Sequence record: DRR723986_4259
DNA length: 51,431 nt
Strand: one strand, 5' to 3'
In this document: positions 1-9,892 of the stretch, in pieces
How positions within the stretch are numbered: position 1 is the stretch's first letter
Layout of the letters: each line of letters begins with the position of its first letter
Notes under the pieces: model-generated
Told to the model about the DNA's origin: nothing
What the model saw: only the letters and a program-made list of their open reading frames with translations
Databases searched by the model: none
Made by a program: the position numbers and the translations under genes

Positions 1-104
1 AATGCTTGCGTCTGAACAGGGTATCTACAGGTCGGGGCACACAGCCCTCGGCACCTTGCGCAGAAATCAAAAAAGATACACCGGCTATGGGTGAATAAGG
101 CCGC

Positions 105-290
105 TTAGCTGCCCTCTTCCCCATCCCTCTCATTACGCTGCCGCCGAGCCCGATCCGGCGTGATATGTATACGCATTTCCGTCTCACACTTGGGGCATTC
201 CCAACAGGTAAACCCCTCGGGGTTAATGGCATCCGGGTCGTGAGGGTGACCACAGCGCGGACAGATAAAACCGGCAAGTTCTTCACGCAT
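105..290 (-). CDS. Small putative zinc-ribbon protein (61 aa)
   Basis: CPRC...CPKC Cys pairs (plus CWEC); ATG start; fills the gap downstream of the KSI-like gene on the same strand. Confidence 0.55.
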   Translation of the reverse strand: MREELAGFICPRCGHPHDPDAINPEGFTCWECPKCETEMRIHITPDRARRQRNERDGEEGS

Positions 291-353
291 AGACTAGCTC
301 AGCATCCTTACAAGCGATGAGTAATGAATAACGATGCTGCGCGGCAGTGGTCG

Positions 354-758
354 CTATGCCATCTGCGCCATGACCGCATCGTAGTCCCAGTAGGCTTTCA
401 ACGAGGTGATTTTACCCTCGGCATTGGCGGTGTAGACCACCACCATATCCACGATAATTTTCATATCGCCGGGCATGGTGTTTTCCATATGGACAACGTT
501 GGCACACTCGTCGCCCGCGGGGTGAGAACTCAGGATAGTAAAATCGATACTGCCTGGGGCAATGATCATATCCCAAAACGCGGCGATCGCGTCTTTGCCT
601 TTGTGCCCCAGCCCTGTTGGGTCCAGCGGGGAGACGCCGACCGGGTCTTGTACGACGGCATCGTCGGCAAACAATGCCAGCCACGCCTCGCGGTTACCCG
701 CCGCTACGTATTCGCCTGATTTACGACTGGCTTCCAGCGCTAACTTTCCGTATGACAT
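354..758 (-). CDS. NTF2/SnoaL-like, ketosteroid-isomerase-family protein
   Basis: LFADDAVVQDPVG and GKITSLKAYW match the KSI/NTF2 fold; start moved to ATG 758 (GGAG RBS upstream). Confidence 0.85.
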   Translation of the reverse strand: MSYGKLALEASRKSGEYVAAGNREAWLALFADDAVVQDPVGVSPLDPTGLGHKGKDAIAAFWDMIIAPGSIDFTILSSHPAGDECANVVHMENTMPGDMKIIVDMVVVYTANAEGKITSLKAYWDYDAVMAQMA

Positions 759-769
759 ATCTTCTCCAA

Positions 770-798
770 TAAAAAACGCCGCCTGAATAAGGCGGCGA
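770..798 (-). terminator. Rho-independent terminator after the TonB receptor
   Basis: Minus strand CGCCGCCT-TATTC-AGGCGGCG followed by TTTTTT. Confidence 0.75.
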
Positions 799-819
799 TA
801 CCACAAACAGCTAGAAATA

Positions 820-2991
820 TTAGAAGCTCAGTTTTACATCAACACCGTAGCTTTTCGGCTCGCCAAAATAGGCGGCCTGGTAGGCGCCGAGGCTGATGGA
901 GTGAACTTTGTATTCCTCGTCGTCGAGGTTACGTCCCCAGAAGGCAACTTCCAGCTCGGTGGAGCCGATGGTCATGCCAGACAGTGCAACGCGGCCATTA
1001 ACAACGCCGTAATCGTCGAGGAAGTAACCCTCAACATCATCATTAAAGGCGGTGCCGTAGCGCTCGTCGGTCCAGCTGTAGTCCAGCGATGCGGTCAGCA
1101 TTGAGGTGTTGGCGCCAGTGCCTACCGCGCGCTGATACTCCAGACCAATGGTGTAATTGTGCTCTGGTGCGTAGGGCATTTCCGCTTGGTCAGCAATGTT
1201 TTGACCCTGAGTCGGCGCGCCATTGCGCTGATCGATATACTCAACAAAGTCTGCATCGGTATAACCGTAGGACAGCTGCATGGTTAAGCCAGGTACCAGC
1301 ACAGCCATCACGTCCAGTTCGAGACCATCGATTTCAGCTTCACCTACGTTGTAAACGTCGGTGAGGAAGATGGTGGCATTGTTGGTCACCTGCTGAAGCT
1401 GCATATCTTCATATTCGGCGTGGAATACCGAGGCATTGGCGGTGATGCGATTGTTCAGCCAGCTCGACTTCATACCCAGCTCGAAAGAGGTCATGTTCTC
1501 TTCGTCGAAGGGTGGCTGGAAGCCTGCTTCCGTACTACGCACATTGTAGCCACCCGCTTTGTAGGCGGTAACAACTTTGGCGAAGGTGCTGAGGTCATCG
1601 CTCCAGGCGTAATCCAGAGTCAGGCTTGGGTTGAAGTTGCTCCACTCATCGCTACCCGACTGCTCGCCGCCGACAAAGTACACGCTGCTGTCTTTGGTGG
1701 CCGAGCGCTTATCCACGGTGTAGCGACCGCCAAGAGTAACGTCTAAGCGCTGCTCCAGCGCTTCAGGCGACCAGGTAATCTGTCCGTAAGCTGCATAGGC
1801 CTTGGCGTCAGACTTAATGGTGCGGTCTTCCACGGGGAAAATTGCGAAGGTAGGCGGTACTGGTGCAGTGTCAAACTCTTCTTCCAGGCCGTCTTCTTCG
1901 AAGTAGTACAGACCCGCCACGTAGCGAATATTCGCTCCGGCATCACCAACCAGCTGGAACTCTTGCGAGAACTGGTCCTGGTCGATATCCACGCTCACGG
2001 CAAAGCCGGGCGCACCGCCGCCGTAGTTCTGTTCAATGCTCTCCTCCAGTTCACGGTAGCCGGTGATCGACTTCAGGGTACCCACAGCGGTGTCCCAGGT
2101 GACGGTCAGACTGTGGCCTGAAATATCGGTATTACTGGGTTTAACGCCGCCAGACCACGAGCCTGTTTCCGAGCGCTGATCGCTGGCATTCGGGTACAAA
2201 CCGGGTACAAAAGACTCGGTAGGCTGGTAGTACTGCTGAGGGCCTTCGATTTCTGAGAAGTCGTAGGCGTAGTCAACGGTGACGTTTTCGCTGGCGTCCC
2301 AACGCACAGCGACACGGCCGGCTTTTTTGTCTTCGGCACCGAAGTTGTCACCACTGCCGGTGTTCTTCACCCAGCCGTCGTGGGCCGATTCCATGTAGGT
2401 GAATTTACCGGCGAATTGACCAACCTTGCCGCTTTCAATTTTGGTGAGCGACTGCCAGTAGTCGCGGTTGCCCACACTGACTTTCTGGCTAACGCCGAAT
2501 TCGTCAGCGGGTTTTGCAGTAATCAGGTTAATGGCACCGCCCGTGGTATTGCGGCCGTACAGTGTGCCTTGCGGGCCACGCAGTACTTCGATGCGCTCCA
2601 GGTCGGCAACGTCGCTGCCCAAGCCGATGCTGCGCGCCACATACACGCCATCAATATAGATACCAACAGCGGCATCCTGGGTGGTTTGGCTGTCGTTGTT
2701 ACCCACGCCGCGCATGAAAATAACCAGGGAGCTGCGGCTGTTGGGGAACGGTGTAATGGTGACGTTTGGTGCTAAACCGGCCACGTCGGCCAGATCGGTA
2801 ATACCGAAGCGGTCCAAACGCTCATTGGAAAATGCCAGTAGTGAAATGGGGGTGTCCTGAAGCGAACTCTCGCGCTTCTCTGCCGTTACCAATACTTCCT
2901 CTAGCGCGAGGTCGTTGGCAACGGCACCAGCCGACATTAGCCCGCAGATTGCGGTTGCCAAAAGTGAACGGCGGCCAAGAATTTTTGTCAT
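820..2991 (-). CDS. TonB-dependent outer membrane receptor
   Basis: Signal peptide, TonB box EEVLVTA, plug motif IEVLRGPQGTLYGRNTTGGAIN, C-terminal Phe; ATG 2991 has a GGGAG RBS. Confidence 0.95.
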   Translation of the reverse strand: MTKILGRRSLLATAICGLMSAGAVANDLALEEVLVTAEKRESSLQDTPISLLAFSNERLDRFGITDLADVAGLAPNVTITPFPNSRSSLVIFMRGVGNNDSQTTQDAAVGIYIDGVYVARSIGLGSDVADLERIEVLRGPQGTLYGRNTTGGAINLITAKPADEFGVSQKVSVGNRDYWQSLTKIESGKVGQFAGKFTYMESAHDGWVKNTGSGDNFGAEDKKAGRVAVRWDASENVTVDYAYDFSEIEGPQQYYQPTESFVPGLYPNASDQRSETGSWSGGVKPSNTDISGHSLTVTWDTAVGTLKSITGYRELEESIEQNYGGGAPGFAVSVDIDQDQFSQEFQLVGDAGANIRYVAGLYYFEEDGLEEEFDTAPVPPTFAIFPVEDRTIKSDAKAYAAYGQITWSPEALEQRLDVTLGGRYTVDKRSATKDSSVYFVGGEQSGSDEWSNFNPSLTLDYAWSDDLSTFAKVVTAYKAGGYNVRSTEAGFQPPFDEENMTSFELGMKSSWLNNRITANASVFHAEYEDMQLQQVTNNATIFLTDVYNVGEAEIDGLELDVMAVLVPGLTMQLSYGYTDADFVEYIDQRNGAPTQGQNIADQAEMPYAPEHNYTIGLEYQRAVGTGANTSMLTASLDYSWTDERYGTAFNDDVEGYFLDDYGVVNGRVALSGMTIGSTELEVAFWGRNLDDEEYKVHSISLGAYQAAYFGEPKSYGVDVKLSF

Positions 2992-3140
2992 GAGTATCTC
3001 CCGTGTCATACTGCTTTATTATTTATTGGAAGCGCAGAGTGTGCATCCATGCGCTACACCAGTAGCCGCCTATAGTCGCAGTTCCAAACCAGCACGGCCT
3101 ATCGTCCATTCGGCTTAGCAAAAATCGAGTAGTTTCAACA

Positions 3141-4172
3141 ATGTCTCACACCAGTGAATTTGCCCCACCCGCGCTACTGCAAAACCCCCATGTGCAATCG
3201 CTGCTGGCCTCGACGGCGCCGCGCAAAATACGCTTGATGCCACGGGTTCGCCAATTGCAGAGTGCCAGCAAGTCGGTGATTCTCGACTGCGGCAATGGCA
3301 GCCAATTGCTCGGTGAATACAGCCCTCAGCAACAGGGCCGCAGTCGCGGTTTAATCACCCTGATTCACGGCTGGGAAGGCAGCTCGCGGTCGACCTATTT
3401 GCTCTCTGCCGCCAGTGCCTTCTACCGCGCTGGCTATGATGTGTTTCGATTGAATCTTCGCGACCACGGCCCCAGCCACCATTTAAACCGAGAGCTTTTC
3501 AATTCAACCCTGCTTGAAGAAGTGCTGGGCGCATTGCGCGCCATACAGGCCAACTACCCTCACGACTGGCAGTTTCTCGCCGGCTTTTCACTGGGCGGAA
3601 ACTTTGCCCTGCGACTGGCTGCCGCGGCCACCGAGGCGGGCATTCACATTCACCAAACCATTGCGATATGCCCGGTAGTCGACCCGGTAAAAACCATGGC
3701 GGCCATTGAGCAGGGCTGGTGGGTGTACGAGCAATATTTTGTGCGCAAGTGGAAGCGCTCGCTGAAAAAGAAACTGGCGCTCTACCCCGAGCTGAACTTT
3801 TCTGAGCAACTGCACGGCATGAAACGACTGCGGGACTTTAACGATTATTTTGTTCCCAACCACACGCCGTTTAACGAACCCGACGAGTATTTTCGCGCCT
3901 ACGCCCTGAGCGCAGACCTGCTGAGCACATTGAGCAACCCCGCCCATATTATTGCGGCCCAGGATGACCCAATGATTATTGCCGAGGACTTCGAGCAACT
4001 GCGCGGGGTAAAACCGCTGAGTATAGAAACGCCGCGCTTTGGCGGGCATTGCGGCTTTGTTAAAAACTGGCGGCTGGACAGCTGGGTCGATGACCGAATG
4101 CTGGAGATCATCCAGCTGCGAAAGCAGCAGCCTCGACAGGCTGCCAGCACCGAAGCCGCAACGATGACCTAA
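3141..4172 (+). CDS. YheT-family alpha/beta hydrolase
   Basis: NPHVQS N-terminus, HGWEG, nucleophile GFSLG, DDP Asp, GGHCGF His. Confidence 0.85.
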   Translation: MSHTSEFAPPALLQNPHVQSLLASTAPRKIRLMPRVRQLQSASKSVILDCGNGSQLLGEYSPQQQGRSRGLITLIHGWEGSSRSTYLLSAASAFYRAGYDVFRLNLRDHGPSHHLNRELFNSTLLEEVLGALRAIQANYPHDWQFLAGFSLGGNFALRLAAAATEAGIHIHQTIAICPVVDPVKTMAAIEQGWWVYEQYFVRKWKRSLKKKLALYPELNFSEQLHGMKRLRDFNDYFVPNHTPFNEPDEYFRAYALSADLLSTLSNPAHIIAAQDDPMIIAEDFEQLRGVKPLSIETPRFGGHCGFVKNWRLDSWVDDRMLEIIQLRKQQPRQAASTEAATMT

Positions 4173-5032
4173 CGCGCCGCCAGCGCATCGCCAATGGCAA
4201 GGATTCGCAGCGCTTCGTCAACATGCAGCGACTCCACCAGGCGGCCATCCACAACAACCACGCCCAACCCCTGGGCCTCGGCTTCCACCCAGGCTTGGTG
4301 AATTTTTTTCGCTTGCGCTAATTGTTGCTCGGGCGGGCCAAAGGTTTGGTTAGCCGCGGCAATCTGTTTCGGGTGGATCAGCGTTTTGCCATCGAAGCCC
4401 AATTGCACGCCCTGCTCACAGGCTTGCAAAAAGCCCGCCTCATCGTCGAGGTTAAGGTGCACGCCATCGAGCACATCCAAACCGTGGGCGCGCGCCGCCA
4501 GCACGCATTGGCTAAGCGAAGCCTGCAAGCCCAACCGGTCCGGGGTGTGCGGTACGCGAAGCTCCTTGGCCAGGTCCGAGGTGCCCATCACGATGGCCTC
4601 AAGCCGCGAATGGCTGCCCGCTATCTCGTCGATGGCCAATACGCCTCTGGGCGTTTCTGCCATTGCCCAAAGCTTGAGCGTCTCCGGCGCTTGTTCCTGA
4701 ACAAGTAGCTGCACCACGGCCTGCACTTCTGCGGCGGATTCCACTTTCGGCAAGCACAGGGCGGAGATCGGCGCGTGAGCAAAGGCGGCAATTTCTTCTC
4801 GGCCCCAGGGCGTATCAAAGCCGTTAACGCGCACCACCAATTCGCGGTGACCGTAGCCACCTTCGGCGAGCGCATCCAGAATGTGCTGGCGGGCCTGCAC
4901 CTTTTGCGACGGGGCAACGGCATCTTCAAGATCGAGGATCAATACATCGGCGTCGAGGCTTCGCGCCTTTTCCAGGGCGCGGGTATTCGCGCCAGGCATG
5001 TATAACACTGATCGACGGGGAAGGTACGCCAT
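4169..5032 (-). CDS. CitE/HpcH-family CoA-ester lyase (malyl-CoA lyase/thioesterase-like)
   Basis: RRSVLYMPG, LDLEDAV, VRVN, MAETP, GFDGKTLIHPKQ; start ATG 5032 with GGAG RBS. Confidence 0.9.
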   Translation of the reverse strand: MAYLPRRSVLYMPGANTRALEKARSLDADVLILDLEDAVAPSQKVQARQHILDALAEGGYGHRELVVRVNGFDTPWGREEIAAFAHAPISALCLPKVESAAEVQAVVQLLVQEQAPETLKLWAMAETPRGVLAIDEIAGSHSRLEAIVMGTSDLAKELRVPHTPDRLGLQASLSQCVLAARAHGLDVLDGVHLNLDDEAGFLQACEQGVQLGFDGKTLIHPKQIAAANQTFGPPEQQLAQAKKIHQAWVEAEAQGLGVVVVDGRLVESLHVDEALRILAIGDALAAR

Positions 5033-5107
5033 TGAGGTCACTCCGCAAAAAAACGCCAAGTTTAGCATAGGGCTGAACCGGCGGATCGCTCGGACCAGAG
5101 GAATTAC

Positions 5108-5128
5108 AATTGCGAATCATTTTCAATT
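5108..5128. promoter_or_regulatory. Putative Fur box
   Basis: aatTGCGAAT-C-ATTTTCAatt matches the 7-1-7 TGATAAT-N-ATTATCA consensus at 11/14 positions; lies about 50 bp upstream of an imelysin gene. Confidence 0.75.
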
Positions 5129-5176
5129 AGCGCAAAATATCCGGCTGCTTTACCGTCGCCAACTTGAGGACTCTTC

Positions 5177-6406
5177 ATGACTAAGTATGTGCTAACACTG
5201 CTCTTGCTGTGCCAGTTTGGCGTTGCGCAAGCCGCGCCGGACAACCGCCGCGCTATCGTGACGCATTACACCAATTTGGCACACGCGGTGTTCGACGATG
5301 CAGAAACGACAGCGCAAACGTTACTGACTCGTGTTGAGGCCCTGCTCGCCGAGCCATCAGAAAAAACCTTAATGGCGGCGCGCCAGGCTTGGACCGCCGC
5401 GCGCATCCCCTACCAGCAAAGTGAGGCCTTTCGCTTTGGCAACCCAGTGGTTGACGACTGGGAGGGACAGCTCAATAGCTGGCCGCTGGATGAAGGCTTG
5501 ATCGATTACGTGGACCAAAGCTACGCCGCGAGCCTGGGCAATATCGCCGCCGATATGAATATCATCGCTAACCCCACTATTACACTGGGCGGCGGCGCGA
5601 TAGACGCCACCACGATCACCCCGGCGTTATTACAGGACTTACATGAACTGGCTGGCAATGCCGCCAACGTGACCAGCGGCTACCACGCGATTGAATTCCT
5701 GCTTTGGGGCCAAGACCTTAACGGCCATCAAGCCGGTGCGGGCGAGCGCCCCTACACCGACTTCAGTAAGGGTGAAGCCTGCACAAACGGACACTGCGAG
5801 CGCCGCGGTCAATATTTGCTGGCCGCGACACAATTACTCGTTAGCGACCTCGCCTACATGACCCAGCAATGGGCTGCCGAGGGCGACAACTATCGCCGTG
5901 AATTACTGTCTCTGCCCAGCGAACAGGCACTGGCGCGCATCTTCTACGGCATTGGCTCACTGAGTTTGGGCGAGCTTGGTGGCGAGCGTATCAAGGTGGC
6001 CCTGGAAGCCAACTCAACCGAGGATGAGCACGACTGCTTTAGCGACAACACGCACTGGTCCCACTACTACAATGGCCTGGGCATCAGCAATGTGTATAAG
6101 GGCGAGTACCAGCGCATAGATGGCAGCTGGGTTCGCGGCCCCTCGCTGAGCCAAGCGGTCGCGGCATCGTCAGCGCAGGCTGACAAAGCATTAACGGCCG
6201 CCCTGAGTACCACCATGGCGCGCCTGCAGTTGCTAACGCAAGTGGCCGAACACCCGGAGCGCCCACAAAAATTCGATATGTTGATCGCCCCAGGCAATGC
6301 ACAGGGTCGCAACTTGCTCGGCAGTATTCTGCAAGCGCTGACAAACCAAACCCGCGCCATTGAAGACGCCGCGGCAAGCCTCGGCATCAACCCCAACGCG
6401 ATTTAA
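5177..6406 (+). CDS. Imelysin-family iron-regulated protein (IrpA/IcmP-like)
   Basis: Signal peptide; FRFGN..VDDWEGQLNSWPLDEGLIDYV; GYHAIEFLLWGQD (HxxE); EDEHDCFSDNTH. Confidence 0.92.
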   Translation: MTKYVLTLLLLCQFGVAQAAPDNRRAIVTHYTNLAHAVFDDAETTAQTLLTRVEALLAEPSEKTLMAARQAWTAARIPYQQSEAFRFGNPVVDDWEGQLNSWPLDEGLIDYVDQSYAASLGNIAADMNIIANPTITLGGGAIDATTITPALLQDLHELAGNAANVTSGYHAIEFLLWGQDLNGHQAGAGERPYTDFSKGEACTNGHCERRGQYLLAATQLLVSDLAYMTQQWAAEGDNYRRELLSLPSEQALARIFYGIGSLSLGELGGERIKVALEANSTEDEHDCFSDNTHWSHYYNGLGISNVYKGEYQRIDGSWVRGPSLSQAVAASSAQADKALTAALSTTMARLQLLTQVAEHPERPQKFDMLIAPGNAQGRNLLGSILQALTNQTRAIEDAAASLGINPNAI

Positions 6407-6410
6407 CGCC

Positions 6411-7637
6411 TTGCCACGCAACCGTTTTTTCACCCTTGTCGCCCTGGCACTGATACCACTATCGAGCTGGGGCACACCACCCCTTGAGCGACCGGCGCCT
6501 GAACTAAGCCCACAGCAACAACTTGACTGGGCCGTCGGCCGCAGCTTTGCCCACCGCCCGTGGGTGTCGTCACCGGCAACCACAACCGCACGCGATGGCC
6601 TCGGCCCGCTATTTAATGCGCGAAGCTGCGCCGGCTGCCACCCAGGCAATGGCCAGGGCCAACTTCCCGCAAAAGGTCTTGGAACGGTACTGAGGCTGCC
6701 GAAAGACAGCCTGTTTGGCAGCCAACTGCAAGACCGCGCCCTGCCCGGTTTCACAGCGGAAGGCCGAATTGCCTGGCGAGTATCCCGCCATGCGCCGCGC
6801 CCCCATCGGCAATACCTAATCGCCGAGTATCGGCAGCTTTCAGCCTCGGCACGCTTGGCCCCCATGCTGATCGGTTTGGGCAAGCTCGACGCCGTTGATC
6901 GTGCCCAGATCCTGGCCTGGGAAGATGTCGATGACCGCGATAATGACGGTGTTTCCGGCCGAGCGGCCACACTGGATAACGGGCGGCTTGGCCGCTTTGG
7001 CTGGAAAGCTTCCCAAGCCTCGCTGCGCGAGCAAATTGCCCAGGCCTTTGCTGAGGACATGGGCATCGACAGTGCAATACGTCGCGCCACCCGCTGCGAC
7101 CAAATTAGCGCGGCCGCTTCTGAGAACGACAGAATGGCTGCCCGCGCCCGCTGTGAGCGCGCCTCTGGCGCCGACCAGCCCGATGGCAGCGAAATCAGCT
7201 CGAAGATTCTCGGCGCGGTTGAACACTACATTGCCAATTTAGCGATCCCCGGCAGCAGGGCTGACCACCATGGCCCCGCCGCCAGAACCTTTGCCGAAAT
7301 CGGTTGCGCAAGCTGCCACCGTCCAACATTCGCCACCGCCAGCGGCACGATTTATCCCTACAGCGATTTGCTGCTTCACGATATGGGCGACGGCCTGAAT
7401 GACGGCGTCGCCGAGGGCGCAGCGCGCCCCGAAGAATGGCGCACTGCGCCACTGTGGGGGCTTGGAATCCGCAGCGCAGAGGCGGACAATACCCGACTGC
7501 TCCACGACGGCCGCGCGAACAGTGTTCGCGAGGCGATTGCCTGGCACGGCGGCGAAGCCCGCGCCGCGAGGCAGCGTTTCAACGCCTTATCGCAAGCACA
7601 GCAGGCCCGTCTACTCGAATTTTTAAAGGAACTGTAA
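6411..7637 (+). CDS. Di-heme oxidoreductase (DHOR family; putative peroxidase/thiol oxidoreductase)
   Basis: Two CxxCH motifs (CAGCH, CASCH), DGLGPLFN, GRFGWKA, LLHDMG, WRTAPLWG, LLHDGRA; probable TTG start 6411 followed by a signal peptide. Confidence 0.9.
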   Translation: MPRNRFFTLVALALIPLSSWGTPPLERPAPELSPQQQLDWAVGRSFAHRPWVSSPATTTARDGLGPLFNARSCAGCHPGNGQGQLPAKGLGTVLRLPKDSLFGSQLQDRALPGFTAEGRIAWRVSRHAPRPHRQYLIAEYRQLSASARLAPMLIGLGKLDAVDRAQILAWEDVDDRDNDGVSGRAATLDNGRLGRFGWKASQASLREQIAQAFAEDMGIDSAIRRATRCDQISAAASENDRMAARARCERASGADQPDGSEISSKILGAVEHYIANLAIPGSRADHHGPAARTFAEIGCASCHRPTFATASGTIYPYSDLLLHDMGDGLNDGVAEGAARPEEWRTAPLWGLGIRSAEADNTRLLHDGRANSVREAIAWHGGEARAARQRFNALSQAQQARLLEFLKEL

Positions 7638-8756
7638 ATGTCTACCCCAGCGACCCTGATACAACACTGCCGGAAGTGGCTGTTGCTGCCCTGTTTCAGC
7701 CTGCTCGCTGCCTGCACCCCGCCCCCCGAACAACAGCTGCTTGAAGACACTGCGCAAACCAGCTTGCTGCCCGCTCACCGGGATTTTGCTCTGGCGGCAA
7801 AGCAGCTTTCTCAGGCCACCCAGGCATTTTGTAAATCGCTTGACGACGCGGGGCTACAAGCAGCCCAAGAACATTGGCGACACAGCGCGGTAGCGTGGTC
7901 GGGGCTGCAAGTAAAAAGCTTCGGCCCCCTGATGGAAGACAATCTAAGCTGGCAAATCCAGTTTTGGCCAGATCGTAAAAACCTGGTCGCTCGCAAGCTC
8001 GAGGGCCTGATCGCCGAGCATGCCGACGCCACCTCCTTCACCGCCAGCACGATCGCCGACGCGAGCGTGGTGGTACAAGGCTTAAGTGCGCTGGAGTATT
8101 TACTGTTCGATGAAAAAGCGGCTCAGCTTGATCGTTATCAAACCGCCCCGTTGCGCTGTCAGGTGCTGAGCGCTATCGCCGAGCATCAGAAAACGTTAAG
8201 CAAAACACTGCACGAAGCCTGGCTGCCCGATCACGGAAACTACCTTGGCACCTTTGCGCAGCCCGGCCCTAAAAACCCGGTTTATCCCGACCGCCAACAA
8301 GCCATTGCGGCGCTTTTGGAGTCACTGGTTGCCGGTGCCGAATTGATAAAACGCGATAAGCTTGAGCGGCCTCTGGGCTTTGCCAACAGCCGGGGCCTAA
8401 GCCAGGTGTACCTGCTTGAGTGGTGGCGTAGCCGCTTCTCTCGCGAAGCCATTATTGGCAACCTCAATGCGTTGCAGCGCCTTTATCTGGCAGATGAACT
8501 ATACGGGATCGACGACTATCTGCGGCAGCATCAGCACAGTGAACTGGCAGAGCAGATTACCAGCACCTTTGAAAAAACCATTGTCGCTGCGCAGGCCGTT
8601 GAGGGTGACCTTTTCTCGGCCGCGACTGATCCAGCGCAAAAACCTCAGCTGCTCGCACTTTATACTGAGGTACAGCAATTACTCGACTTGCTAAAAAATG
8701 CCCTGCCGGATGCTCTGGGTATCACCCTGAGTTTTAACGGCGCCGACGGAGACTAG
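7638..8756 (+). CDS. Imelysin-like lipoprotein
   Basis: Lipobox LAAC; FWPDRKN, QGLSALEYLLF (degenerate HxxE), C-terminal FNGADGD. Confidence 0.9.
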   Translation: MSTPATLIQHCRKWLLLPCFSLLAACTPPPEQQLLEDTAQTSLLPAHRDFALAAKQLSQATQAFCKSLDDAGLQAAQEHWRHSAVAWSGLQVKSFGPLMEDNLSWQIQFWPDRKNLVARKLEGLIAEHADATSFTASTIADASVVVQGLSALEYLLFDEKAAQLDRYQTAPLRCQVLSAIAEHQKTLSKTLHEAWLPDHGNYLGTFAQPGPKNPVYPDRQQAIAALLESLVAGAELIKRDKLERPLGFANSRGLSQVYLLEWWRSRFSREAIIGNLNALQRLYLADELYGIDDYLRQHQHSELAEQITSTFEKTIVAAQAVEGDLFSAATDPAQKPQLLALYTEVQQLLDLLKNALPDALGITLSFNGADGD

Positions 8757-8757
8757 T

Positions 8758-9879
8758 ATGCAACGCCGCACCCTGATCGCTGGTGCACTGGGTTTACCCG
8801 TAGCTGCAGCACTTTGGCAGTTCACATCCGCCCCAGCGCAGGCCAACTACAGCCCGGTGTGCAGCGCGGCAAACAATGCCGAGGGCCAGCCAATACTGGG
8901 GGCAATGCACGGTGATCACTGGGCTTTTACGCTGCCCGGTGACGAGCGTGGCCACGATAGCTGTGTACACAATGAGCGAGCAGAAGCGCTGTTTTTTGCG
9001 CGTCGCCCCGGCACCCACATTTATGTTGTCGACCTGAAAACCGGCAAGCTTCGCCATAAAATCAACGCCGCCGAGGGCTACCATTTTTACGGTCACGGCT
9101 GTGTAAGCGGCGATGGCCGCTACCTTTACACCACAGAAAACCACGTTGCGGATAACGGTCGCGGCGTTATTGGCGTCTACGATTGCTACGACCAGTATCG
9201 ATTGATCAGCCACATGGATTGCGGCGGCATCGGCCCTCACGAACTCGCCTTAATGCCTGATGGCAAGCACATTGTGGTGGCGGTGGGCGGCATTAAAACG
9301 CTGCCAGCGAGTGGTCGTAAAACCCTCAACCCCGGAACGCTTGAACCCGGTTTGAGCTACCTGAATTTGGCGGAGCAGCGCGTCGTCGCATTCATCCCCT
9401 CCCCCGACGCCCAACTGAGCTTGCGCCATTTGGATGTCAATACCAACGGCGATGTTGTGGTGGGCGGTCAATATCAGGGAACGACACCCTCCGCCAAGCC
9501 ACTCATTTACCACCATCGGCTGGATGGTGAGATGCTTGCACTGGATATCAACACCGAGCTGGCCATGCGCAACGACTATGTCGCCAGCGTCGCCACCGAC
9601 GATCAGCAAAATGTGCTTTGCAGCTTCCCCCGCGACAATCAACTGGGGTTGTGGTCAATACCCCAGCGCCGCCTGCTGCACAGCTGGCGCTTGCGGGATT
9701 GCGCTGGCGCCGTGTATGACGCCGCCAACAAACAGTTCATTGTAAGCAGCAGCTCCGGGCAGCTGATGGCTGCCCGCGCCGGTGAAGACCAGCTGTCACC
9801 GCTGGCCTACCTACCGGGCCTGCGTTGGGACAATCATTTAAGCCTGATCCCACCACATCTGGCCAATACCCTCGGCTAG
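8758..9879 (+). CDS. DUF1513-family Tat-exported protein (beta-propeller-like)
   Basis: RR Tat-like N-terminus; RGH, ARRPG, HFYGHG, YTTEN, GIGPHE, SLRHL, WDNH; canonical position in imelysin cassettes. Confidence 0.88.
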   Translation: MQRRTLIAGALGLPVAAALWQFTSAPAQANYSPVCSAANNAEGQPILGAMHGDHWAFTLPGDERGHDSCVHNERAEALFFARRPGTHIYVVDLKTGKLRHKINAAEGYHFYGHGCVSGDGRYLYTTENHVADNGRGVIGVYDCYDQYRLISHMDCGGIGPHELALMPDGKHIVVAVGGIKTLPASGRKTLNPGTLEPGLSYLNLAEQRVVAFIPSPDAQLSLRHLDVNTNGDVVVGGQYQGTTPSAKPLIYHHRLDGEMLALDINTELAMRNDYVASVATDDQQNVLCSFPRDNQLGLWSIPQRRLLHSWRLRDCAGAVYDAANKQFIVSSSSGQLMAARAGEDQLSPLAYLPGLRWDNHLSLIPPHLANTLG

Positions 9880-9892
9880 CCACAGAGACGCT

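Noticed and set aside
6233-7090. 285-aa minus-strand ORF
   Set aside because: Antisense to the imelysin and di-heme genes; Arg/Ser/Ala-rich shadow composition
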